NCBI GenBank assembly: GCA_964532425.1
Contig: CAZHIA010000006.1
Coordinates: forward strand, 65,343-129,342
Reading direction: 5' to 3'
Source of the DNA: an uncultured Candidatus Saccharibacteria bacterium
Lineage (GTDB): Bacteria; Patescibacteriota; Doudnabacteria; UBA920
Length of the DNA stretch: 64,000 bases
Position numbers and translations under genes: made by a program. Under the pieces are notes generated by a model. The model ran no database searches. It was not told the origin of the DNA and saw only the letters and a list, made by a program, of their open reading frames with translations. Below, in pieces: positions 27,933 through 36,005 of this stretch (positions are counted from its first letter, which is position 1; every line of letters begins with the position of its first letter).

Positions 27933-28976
27933 TTAGTGTTTGTTAAATATTCGTTCAGCCATGGAGTCCGCTACGGCATTGGTTGAATTGCCGGTTTGTT
28001 TACTGGCTGTAAAGATTTTGCGCAACATGGTAGGGATATTCTCCAGCCGTTTGAGCAGGCGTTGTTCGTCCTGGTTGTGGTTTTCATACTCATCGACAAC
28101 CGAGATAAGCCCCCCGCCGTTGAGGACATAGTCAGGCGCGTACAGGATGCCGGAATTATGCAGCATGTCCCCTACCGAGGCTTCGGTCAGTTGTCCGTTG
28201 GCTCCGCCAGCAACGATCGCTGCTTTGATTTTGCCGATGTTTCCCTTGTTGAGAACCGGGCCCATGGCGCAGGGGCTGACAATATCGGTGCGCACATAGA
28301 GAATCTTATCCGGCGACATCAGCTCGATTTTGGGATATTTTTTCTTTGCTGCAGCCGCAGCCAGTGGGTTAATGTCTGCCGCATAAATGCGCTTGGCGTG
28401 CTTGTACACGAGGGACAGCAGGCTGCTGCCAATTTTGCCAAGGCCCTGAATGGCGATGCTTCTGCTGTTTAAAGATGAACTTCCAAAGACTTCCTGGAGA
28501 CATACTTCAATACCTTTGTGGATGCCGATGGCCGTATATAATACCGGATCAACTTCAACGCCAACCACGAAGGGGGTGGCTTTTTTCATGATTTTGACAT
28601 CGTGTGCGCTCACGCCAAGGTCTGCTCCGGTAACGAATTTGCCGCCGAGCATGCTGACGCGGTTGGCGTATGCCCCGAGCAATTGGCCTCTGCTTTTGAG
28701 CGCTTTGGGATTTGCTATAATGACCCCCTTGGCTCCCCCGTACTTAACCCCGGCCATGGCGGCTTTGTAGGACATGAGTCGTGAAAGCCGCAGGGCATCC
28801 CGCAGCGCATCCTGGTCATTGCCGTATACGGCAATGCGGGTTGCGCCAAAACTGGGAAACCCGTTATCGCCGCGATGCAGGGCAATATAAGCGGAGAGGT
28901 GCGATTTAGGATCTTCCACCCGCGCTACGAACCGGTGGTCATCAAACTCCCGAACCTGGGTATATGCTTCAGACAT
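27933..28976 (-). CDS. Glu/Leu/Phe/Val-type amino-acid dehydrogenase
   Basis: Catalytic-lysine motif KYGGAKGVI. NAD(P) Rossmann motif GLGKIGSSL. Confidence 0.8.
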   Translation of the reverse strand: MSEAYTQVREFDDHRFVARVEDPKSHLSAYIALHRGDNGFPSFGATRIAVYGNDQDALRDALRLSRLMSYKAAMAGVKYGGAKGVIIANPKALKSRGQLLGAYANRVSMLGGKFVTGADLGVSAHDVKIMKKATPFVVGVEVDPVLYTAIGIHKGIEVCLQEVFGSSSLNSRSIAIQGLGKIGSSLLSLVYKHAKRIYAADINPLAAAAAKKKYPKIELMSPDKILYVRTDIVSPCAMGPVLNKGNIGKIKAAIVAGGANGQLTEASVGDMLHNSGILYAPDYVLNGGGLISVVDEYENHNQDEQRLLKRLENIPTMLRKIFTASKQTGNSTNAVADSMAERIFNKH

Positions 28977-29085
28977 GGTGTTAACTGGTGCTTTTTGTAT
29001 CTTAGGCGAACTTTTTTCTAAAGATAGTATATCACTTTTTTCTTAAATATGCTATAATTAGAATGAATTTAAGCAATTTTGTCAC

Positions 29086-29466
29086 ATGAAAAAAATACTC
29101 GTTATCGAAGATGACATTGCCATGCGGGAGATTGTCGTGCGCAAACTCTCCACAAACGGCTACGAAGTCAAACAGGCCGAGGACGGACAGAAGGCTCTGG
29201 AGCTGTTCGGTGCCGAGCATCCGGATTTGGTTCTGCTCGATCTGATGCTCCCCGTGGTTGACGGTTTCCATATTTTGGAAGCTATCCGCCATTACGATGA
29301 CAAGAAAATCGCCGATACGCCGGTCATAGTATTGAGTAATCTGTGGAGCAATCAGGATATCTTGCGGGCGCAGTCTTTAAATGTGCAAGGGTACATGGTC
29401 AAAGCCTATCATACCCCCGAGGAGATATTGGCCAAGGTTAACGAAGTGCTTGGTATCGGAAAATAA
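29086..29466 (+). CDS. stand-alone response-regulator receiver (CheY-like)
   Basis: Acid pocket DD, phospho-acceptor Asp in LLDLMLP, conserved T/S and K positions. No output domain. Confidence 0.85.
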   Translation: MKKILVIEDDIAMREIVVRKLSTNGYEVKQAEDGQKALELFGAEHPDLVLLDLMLPVVDGFHILEAIRHYDDKKIADTPVIVLSNLWSNQDILRAQSLNVQGYMVKAYHTPEEILAKVNEVLGIGK

Positions 29467-29479
29467 TTTTTAGGAAACA

Positions 29480-29523
29480 AAATCCGTCCCGCCCTTTTCG
29501 AAAAGGGCGGGACGGATTTTTAT
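29480..29523. terminator. bidirectional terminator, perfect 40-bp palindrome
   Basis: AAATCCGTCCCGCCCTTTTCGAAAAGGGCGGGACGGATTT. Confidence 0.8.
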
Positions 29524-29539
29524 TTGGCAGAGTATGAAA

Positions 29540-29812
29540 TTACAGGATGGAATCCTTTGCCTGCTTGGCAACGCGGAACTTCAGGACGGTCTTGGCCGGG
29601 ATCTGAATGGTCTCGCCAGTAGCCGGGTTGCGGCCCTGTCTGGCATCGCGATGCTTCTTCTGGAGTTTCCCGAGGCCCGGGATGGTGAATTCACCGGTCT
29701 TTTTGGTTTCTGCAACCGCGAGGTTCACGAGTGCTTCCATGAATTCGCCGGCTTCTTTGCGAGTCTTACCCAGCTTATCAGCCAGGGCCTGCAAGGTTTC
29801 TGACTTGGTCAT
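29540..29812 (-). CDS. hupB: DNA-binding protein HU
   Basis: 90 aa. GRNPATGE..IP arm motif. Confidence 0.9.
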   Translation of the reverse strand: MTKSETLQALADKLGKTRKEAGEFMEALVNLAVAETKKTGEFTIPGLGKLQKKHRDARQGRNPATGETIQIPAKTVLKFRVAKQAKDSIL

Positions 29813-29850
29813 ATTTTTTTGTTGTCTCCCTTTAATAATGTCTTCTCAGT

Positions 29851-30007
29851 GCCTGTTTTAAAAGTTGCTTTGAAGGAGAAATTGCAGAATTTCAGGCGGA
29901 TTGGCGCAAATAATTTTTGAGGTTTAGCCAAAGCTAAGCTGATAAAATTTTTGCGACAAACCGTCGAAATTCTGAAATTGCAGCCCAAATGAAGTTTTAA
30001 AACAGGC
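29851..30007. repeat. long imperfect inverted repeat in queA-hupB spacer
   Basis: Outer arms GCCTGTTTTAAAA / TTTTAAAACAGGC. Inner GAAATTGCAGAATTTC-type sub-palindromes. Confidence 0.5.
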
Positions 30008-30205
30008 TCTTAAATAATGGTAACAAAAAACCCAATAAAATCAAGGTATTTTAGAAAATTTTTCTTAAAAATAGCGGAAATATTGAGTATTTCCCATAAG
30101 ATGCAAAAAAATATGGCTTACATTAGCCATATTTTAGGAAATGATATTAAAAGTTGGTTCTAGTAAATATCCACAGCTTGAGTGGGAAAATCTTTATAGG
30201 ATGGG

Positions 30206-31249
30206 CTAAAACTTCGGGAGTATGAGCATTCCGTCACCGAAAGAGAATAGTCGAAGCTTGCGGTCAATTGCTTGGCGGTAGAGATTGAACAGCCGTTCCC
30301 TGCCCACCAAAGCCGAAACAAGCATAAGGAGACTGCTTTGCGGTACGTGAAAATTTGTAATGAGCCCATCCACGATTTGAAACTTGTAACCTGGTTTTAT
30401 GAACAGCGAGGTCTCTCCGCTGAAATGCTTGATCTGGCCGTTGTCAGCGGCAGATTCCAGTGTGCGAACCACGGTTGTGCCGACGGCAATCACTGGCCGT
30501 TCCTGTTGTTTAGCTTTGGCGATAGCCGCAGCGGTGGCGCGGGGGATGGAAAAATGTTCGGCATGGAGCGTGCTGGTCTGCCACTGTTCTTCCTTCAGGG
30601 GCGCAAAGGTGCCCAGGCCCACATCGAGGTTAACATACGCTATCTGAATTCCCTGCTTGCGCAGCTGTTGTAGTAACGTTCGGGAAAAATGCAGGCTGGC
30701 GGTTGGAGCTGCGACCGAACGCCCACTTTTGGCGAATACTGTTTGGTATTCCTTCTTGATCTGTGAAGGTGAAAGCGGCGTATTTTTGATGTATGGCGGG
30801 AGGGGGGTCGTACCTCGCCGTTCTAACAGAGGCAGGATCCCGATACTGTCGAGCATGGTCAATTCGTATAAGCCGCCATTTCGTCCGATGACTTTGGCGC
30901 AGGGCTTGCCATTGTAAAAAAGCGTCTGACCGTCTTTCAGACGCCGGTCAGCCATGGCTTGGAATTTTTTTCCGCGGTGATTGATATAAAGCAAATCCAC
31001 CCTTCCTCCGCTCTGCTTGAGCAGGCGCAGTCGCGCGGGAATAACCCGTGTTTGATTCACCACGAGCAGGCTGCCTTTCGGCAAGTATTTGCCGATATTC
31101 CGGAACACATCGAACGAGATGTCGTTTTTTTCTTGGCTGGCCACGAGCAGCCGGGCGCTGTCACGCGGTTTGGCCGGAGCGGTAGCAATAAGCTCCTTGG
31201 GAAACGAATAATCGTATAGTTTGAGGGTTTGTGCGAGAGTGTCCTTCAT
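30206..31249 (-). CDS. queA: S-adenosylmethionine:tRNA ribosyltransferase-isomerase
   Basis: QueA length (347 aa) and conserved blocks (YDYSFPKELIA..., GTTVVRTLES). Confidence 0.85.
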   Translation of the reverse strand: MKDTLAQTLKLYDYSFPKELIATAPAKPRDSARLLVASQEKNDISFDVFRNIGKYLPKGSLLVVNQTRVIPARLRLLKQSGGRVDLLYINHRGKKFQAMADRRLKDGQTLFYNGKPCAKVIGRNGGLYELTMLDSIGILPLLERRGTTPLPPYIKNTPLSPSQIKKEYQTVFAKSGRSVAAPTASLHFSRTLLQQLRKQGIQIAYVNLDVGLGTFAPLKEEQWQTSTLHAEHFSIPRATAAAIAKAKQQERPVIAVGTTVVRTLESAADNGQIKHFSGETSLFIKPGYKFQIVDGLITNFHVPQSSLLMLVSALVGRERLFNLYRQAIDRKLRLFSFGDGMLILPKF

Positions 31250-31304
31250 GGTAGTAATCTCTAATATAACGAATATAGCACAAATCCGCCAGCTGGCGGA
31301 ACAA
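31250..31304. repeat. 36-nt shared motif + AGCT-centred palindrome, copy 2
   Basis: TAGTAATCTCTAATATAACGAATATAGCACAAAT followed by TCCGCCAGCTGGCGGA. The same 16-bp palindrome recurs at 55093..55108. Confidence 0.6.
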
Positions 31305-31433
31305 ATATCATGAATACATCGAATCTGCGAATTTGACGAATCTGCGAATAACTACGAATATACGAATTCGTTGAACATTCGTTGATTCGATAAATTATTA
31401 GATAAGCCGCCCCTCTTGGGCGGCTTATTCAAT

Positions 31434-31523
31434 CTATTCTTCCTCATCCTTGCTTTCGGAATCGTCGCCTTCAGGCGCACCATCCTGTTCTTTATCCGGA
31501 TCATCGTCTTGGTATGCAAACAT
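31434..31523 (-). CDS. 29-aa highly acidic micro-protein (MFAYQDDDPDKEQDGAPEGDDSESKDEEE)
   Basis: AAGGAG SD 6 nt upstream. Intrinsic terminator hairpin (GCCGCCC..GGGCGGC) directly downstream. Below the ORF-track size cut-off. Confidence 0.35.
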   Translation of the reverse strand: MFAYQDDDPDKEQDGAPEGDDSESKDEEE

Positions 31524-31651
31524 CTTACACTCCTTTTGAGGGGGTTCCCCCTATTAATGTATTTGAATTTCAATTTCTCTTTCCTGGCAAAAAATAAGCA
31601 AGTTTTCATCATGCCGCTTGAGCGCGCCGGCCGATTGCGTCAATCATGAAT

Positions 31652-32512
31652 CTATCCGTTGACCACCTCTCCCCCATTGACATGAATAGTCTGGCCGGTT
31701 ATGTAAGACGCTTCGTCCGATGCGAGAAAAACATATGCCGGAGCGACTTCGTCCGGTTGTCCGGGGCGGCCAAGTGGTACATCTTTCCCGAAGTTTTCGA
31801 TTTTGTCCGGCGGAAAGGTGGAGGGAATGAGCGGGGTCCAAATGGGGCCGGGTGCGACGGCATTGACGCGAATGCCCTTTGCAGCGAGCTGTAAGGACAG
31901 GGACCTGGTGAACGTGACAATCGCCCCTTTGGTCGAAGAGTAATCGAGCAGTGCCGGATTGCCTTTGTACGCGGTAATGGAAGCGGTGTTAATGATGCAT
32001 GAGCCTGGTTTGAGGAGCGGTAAAGCCGCTTTGGACAGATAGAACATGGAAAAAATATTGGTCCGGAATGTGCGTTCCAGTTGCTGCTGGCTGATCTGCT
32101 CAAGGCTTTCTGCTGTATGCTGTTCTCCCGCATTATTGACAACGATATCCAGTTTGCCGAATTGTTGGTTGGCCTGGTTGACGGCTTGCTGGCAGAATGA
32201 TTCCTCTCCTACATCTCCGGCGAGCAGAGTGCACTTCCTCCCCTGCTGTTCAACCAACTGCCGCGTATCCTGTGCATCCTTATCTTCGTTCAAGTAGACA
32301 ACGAGGATGTCCGCTCCCTCGCGGGCAAAGGCCACGGCCACTGCCCTGCCAATACCGCTGTCGCCGCCGGTGATGATCGCAGTCTTGCCCTTGAGCCTGC
32401 CGCCGCTCTTTATTTCCTGCTTAATCGTACTCGGTTGCGGCTGCATGGTTGATTGCTGTCCTGGTTGGGATTGCTCCACGGTCGGTGTGCCGCTGATCGG
32501 GTCCTGGGCCAT
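31652..32512 (-). CDS. SDR-family oxidoreductase with low-complexity N-terminal extension
   Basis: TGGDSGIGRA cofactor motif and YxxxK. Q/P-rich 45-aa leader. Confidence 0.8.
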   Translation of the reverse strand: MAQDPISGTPTVEQSQPGQQSTMQPQPSTIKQEIKSGGRLKGKTAIITGGDSGIGRAVAVAFAREGADILVVYLNEDKDAQDTRQLVEQQGRKCTLLAGDVGEESFCQQAVNQANQQFGKLDIVVNNAGEQHTAESLEQISQQQLERTFRTNIFSMFYLSKAALPLLKPGSCIINTASITAYKGNPALLDYSSTKGAIVTFTRSLSLQLAAKGIRVNAVAPGPIWTPLIPSTFPPDKIENFGKDVPLGRPGQPDEVAPAYVFLASDEASYITGQTIHVNGGEVVNG

Positions 32513-32629
32513 AAAAGAAATTGGTTAATATCTAGGTGTGAGACGGGAACTTTGAAAAATGCTTACAAAAAATATGCATTTTCTTATACCAAGAAAATGC
32601 ATATTTTTGAGGTGGGCGGATGGAGGTTG

Positions 32630-32989
32630 CTAGATAGTCTGGTGCGGATTCGGATGACGGTTGAAGGCGTGGATGACAGTATTGATGAAAAACAAGACCA
32701 CGGAAAACAGCATAGCTTTCCAAAATCCAGGTACATAAAAGCCGGAGACGATAGAGCTTGTCAGCATAATAAGCAGCGCGTTAATGACCAGCGTAAATAG
32801 TCCGAGCGTTAAAATGTTGATCGGCAGGGTCAGTACCAGAAGAATGGGGCGCAGGGTAGCATTAATGAGTCCCAAGACTATAGCTGTGACGAGGGCCGGC
32901 ATTATTCCATCGATACGCACACCCGGAATGAGATACGCGGTGACGGCAATAGCCGCCGCAGCCAGGATCCAGTTGATAAAAATTTTCAT
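32630..32989 (-). CDS. 4-TM membrane protein of the phage-holin-4 (PF04020-like) family
   Basis: 119 aa with four TM helices. The LRPILLVLTLPINILTLGLFTLVINAL pattern is characteristic of that family. Confidence 0.5.
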   Translation of the reverse strand: MKIFINWILAAAAIAVTAYLIPGVRIDGIMPALVTAIVLGLINATLRPILLVLTLPINILTLGLFTLVINALLIMLTSSIVSGFYVPGFWKAMLFSVVLFFINTVIHAFNRHPNPHQTI

Positions 32990-33097
32990 AGGTAGTTTGA
33001 TAATTAATTACATTATACCATTATGGCTTACTCTTGACTTAAAATTTAATATATACTATATTGGTCGGTCGGGAAAACCTACAAAAAGGAGGTAGTT

Positions 33098-33433
33098 ATG
33101 CTGCAATTTATGTGGGAGCTCGGTGCTGCGGCAGGGACAGTAGCACTGCTGATCGCCTGGAACTGGCAAAAGGTAGGCCACCTGTTCCAGAAGCCTCATT
33201 TGTGGTTCATCGTAGGCATAGCAATGTGTTTGATGTTCCTGTTGCTCGCTCTTGGGCATGGGGTGGCCGCCATATCCTTCACTCTCAGTAAAATACTGGC
33301 CGTGGTGGTGACACATCAGTGGCCGGTTGTCGGTCCTACATTCCAAGTACTCGGTAGCGTTGTCGTAATCGTCTTGGTCCAGGCCAGGATGTTCATGCCA
33401 TGCTTTGTTCTATTGACGAAAAAGGCCGCGTAG
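33098..33433 (+). CDS. hypothetical membrane protein
   Basis: AGGAGG SD. Three hydrophobic segments. Confidence 0.5.
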   Translation: MLQFMWELGAAAGTVALLIAWNWQKVGHLFQKPHLWFIVGIAMCLMFLLLALGHGVAAISFTLSKILAVVVTHQWPVVGPTFQVLGSVVVIVLVQARMFMPCFVLLTKKAA

Positions 33434-33537
33434 TTTTCCGCGGAGTCCGCCTCAGGTGGGCTCCGCATTTTATATACTGTGCCATTTCAAAAAGAAAGCA
33501 GTCCGCCAACCGAAGTTGACGGACTGCAAGATGCGCG

Positions 33538-34197
33538 TTACCGCGAAAGCGGGAGAGAACCGGCCAGCCGCTGCTGGACATGCGAGCCGTGGGTCCCAAG
33601 TGTCTGGAACCAGAACTCGAATCGCGGCGACTTCTTACATGGCTGGAAATCGAAACCCGCGAGCGGCTTACCGGTCACCGAGCCGTCGCCGGCAAGCAGC
33701 ATGCCGGTCCCAACGATCAGTCCGATCTTCTTGGTCACCTGGTAGCGGACGCGGGCCCGTTCAAGTACGAACTGGACGTGGGACTTATCGTTGAGCGGCA
33801 GGTACGGGAAGAAGACTGCCTGGTAGTCCCACTTCTTCGATATACTGCCGCCGATGAACGTCCAGGGAAGAATAAACTTCTCCCCGATCGACTGGGTGCC
33901 GGAGGTGTGGATGTAGTACACCTCTTCGGTCAGACCGAAATGCTTCCGGTTGACCAGCGACCGACCGCCGCCTATGCCGAGTTGGCGATAAGCGTCGGCG
34001 TTCCCAAAATCCAAGTGGAACGCATCCGCGACGATCCAGTTTTTATACCGGACGTCTACTTCGCCGTAGTGATAACCGCCCGTCAGATGCTGGGCGGACA
34101 TGCTCTGCCGGGCATAATAGTCCAGCACAGGCTTTTCCTGTGCGACGGATAACCCGGAAAATGCCGCAAACAGCGTCAGGTACTGGGCGATGCGCAT
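33538..34197 (-). CDS. secreted hypothetical protein
   Basis: Signal peptide. Alternating hydrophobic pattern that could be beta-rich. Confidence 0.5.
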   Translation of the reverse strand: MRIAQYLTLFAAFSGLSVAQEKPVLDYYARQSMSAQHLTGGYHYGEVDVRYKNWIVADAFHLDFGNADAYRQLGIGGGRSLVNRKHFGLTEEVYYIHTSGTQSIGEKFILPWTFIGGSISKKWDYQAVFFPYLPLNDKSHVQFVLERARVRYQVTKKIGLIVGTGMLLAGDGSVTGKPLAGFDFQPCKKSPRFEFWFQTLGTHGSHVQQRLAGSLPLSR

Positions 34198-34349
34198 AGA
34201 TAGTTGTCCTCCTTTAGGACCCTATAATATAGCACAAAAATAGATTTTTGTCAATAACTCCTCGATATAAAGGTCATATTTTCGCTGATATGTATTGACA
34301 ATTTACGTAAAAAAGTGTATAATAATGAGTTCCTGCAAGGAGGAAGATT

Positions 34350-34760
34350 ATGGAAACTACGCAAAAACCAGTCAGATTCTTTTGGATCAGAGTTTTTGAC
34401 GCTTCTGCACGGGGTGACGAGCAAAAGACGCCCCTTGTTGAAGCTGGCGGGCACAGGAAAACACTCGTAGGTAGACCGCCGAGATGTATTGAGGTCAACG
34501 ACCGGGTTGTCAGGTGCATCGACATGCATCATGATCTGGGGACTACTACGGCTGTTGAGGTCACCAACGACCTCATCAAGACTGAGGATGGAAGGGTGTG
34601 GGATCGGGTAAGTGGCTGGGAGTTGGTCGAAACAGACGGTGGATTCAAGGAATGCGAAAACGCGATGCATATTTGCGGCGACTTGTCCGGCGAAGACTCC
34701 TCTGTCATTCTAAACGCAGAGGATCTCAGGGAGTGGAAGAGTCGGAATCGCTATAGTTAA
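34350..34760 (+). CDS. hypothetical protein
   Basis: AGGAGG SD. Terminator at 34782..34810. Confidence 0.5.
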   Translation: METTQKPVRFFWIRVFDASARGDEQKTPLVEAGGHRKTLVGRPPRCIEVNDRVVRCIDMHHDLGTTTAVEVTNDLIKTEDGRVWDRVSGWELVETDGGFKECENAMHICGDLSGEDSSVILNAEDLREWKSRNRYS

Positions 34761-34888
34761 ACCGGCGACTGTGTGGTAATCCCCGCGTTCTTTATGGACG
34801 CGGGCTTTTTAATCCACTAAGGCCTTTACAATACTCAATTTCTCTGGTATGCTTGTATGTTTCAATGTAGAAATTCCAAGGGGGTAGT

Positions 34889-35302
34889 ATGGACGTTTTG
34901 ATCTTTGAAAGCGACTGGACGTTGGCCCAGACTTGGTGCCAGGCGGTGCTGTGCCGGAACAATGTGTTCGTGCTCAGTACTGAACATGCGTTAAATCGTT
35001 TTTTAGGGCAGTTCCGCGACACTATCGATCTGGCCATTATCAATCTCATGGGCCGCTGGGACAATGACGGCGAGCTCGTCCCCTGCCCTGATGACGTGGC
35101 GGACGGCGGCGTGGAAAACGCGGGCTTCCGCTGCGCGGACTATATTCGAGGCCACTCACCCAACGCCAAGATCATCATCTTTGCGTTCTTTGATGGTGAG
35201 GGGGTCTTGTCCAGGGCAGGAAGCGTCGCGGATGCGGTCGTTCGCAGTACGCGGCCGGAAGTAATGGCAGAAGCTGTTGCCAAGGTTCTTGGCAGATCCT
35301 GA
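34889..35302 (+). CDS. pseudo-receiver domain protein (phospho-acceptor Asp replaced by Asn)
   Basis: CheY-like layout (MDVLIFESD ... DLAIINLMG ... KIIIFAFFD) with Asn at the phospho-acceptor position. GGTAGTATGG upstream as a weak SD. Confidence 0.5.
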   Translation: MDVLIFESDWTLAQTWCQAVLCRNNVFVLSTEHALNRFLGQFRDTIDLAIINLMGRWDNDGELVPCPDDVADGGVENAGFRCADYIRGHSPNAKIIIFAFFDGEGVLSRAGSVADAVVRSTRPEVMAEAVAKVLGRS

Positions 35303-35419
35303 AAGATTGAACAAGGGTTTCAAAAATCTTGCCCGGCGCACACTTGTACGCCGGGTGTTTTTTATGGTTTGACGAGTGTTTGTGAATTATTTATGATGAG
35401 ATGTTGATAAAGGAGGAAT

Positions 35420-35938
35420 GTGCTTAACCGATTCTTGGATTGGATGGCCATGATTGATGCGCGGATCATTTCGCACCTTGAGAAAATTTGCCATCACCTG
35501 CAGCGTAATACCGGCATTACCAATTTCCACCTGGCGCGTTTTGCAGGGCTGTTGTTCATTGCAGCGTGCCTGCGTTCGATCAATTTTACTACCTGGCATG
35601 AACCATGGTGGGCAAAAGTCATCGTACTTGCCATAATCGGCGGGCTCGGATTTCAGTTTGAACTATGGGTAGAATTTGGTTTCGAACCGATGGCGCGTGA
35701 CTCTCTCAGGCGCGGCTTGAAAAATCCCATCCAGAGTAGCGGATTAATGATCGGTTTGCGGAACGGTTGTCTGATCGGTGTGGTTTTTGGATACATTCTG
35801 CCGACATTTATACCGATAGCAGGTTGGGTGTATCTCATATCCTGCACTCCCCTGCCTCCAGGCGAAAGCCGGCTGAAAAAATGGCTGAAGGGCTTGGCAG
35901 CGTTTAAGCTGATGCACCCTGCCAGCTCGCAAACTTAA
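35420..35938 (+). CDS. hypothetical membrane protein
   Basis: GTG start at 35420 with AGGAGG immediately upstream (spacing short). An alternative ATG lies at 35447. Confidence 0.4.
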   Translation: MLNRFLDWMAMIDARIISHLEKICHHLQRNTGITNFHLARFAGLLFIAACLRSINFTTWHEPWWAKVIVLAIIGGLGFQFELWVEFGFEPMARDSLRRGLKNPIQSSGLMIGLRNGCLIGVVFGYILPTFIPIAGWVYLISCTPLPPGESRLKKWLKGLAAFKLMHPASSQT

Positions 35939-35963
35939 AAGGACTCCTCGGAGTCCTTTTTTT
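35937..35963. terminator. bidirectional intrinsic terminator
   Basis: AAAAGGACTC-ctcg-GAGTCCTTTTTTT. Confidence 0.7.
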
Positions 35964-36005
35964 GTATGCGCGACCGGAGATATGCAATCAATAAGAGAAA
36001 CCTAA

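Noticed and set aside
31352-31649. The 86-aa (-) and 77-aa (+) ORFs spanning the queA upstream region.
   Set aside because: Both run through the terminator hairpin and the repeat-rich leader. The 29-aa acidic ORF with a proper SD and terminator explains the locus better.
32630-34197. A prophage remnant inferred from the holin-family protein.
   Set aside because: No integrase, terminase, capsid, tail or endolysin-like genes are nearby. The neighbours are an SDR and hypothetical membrane or secreted proteins.
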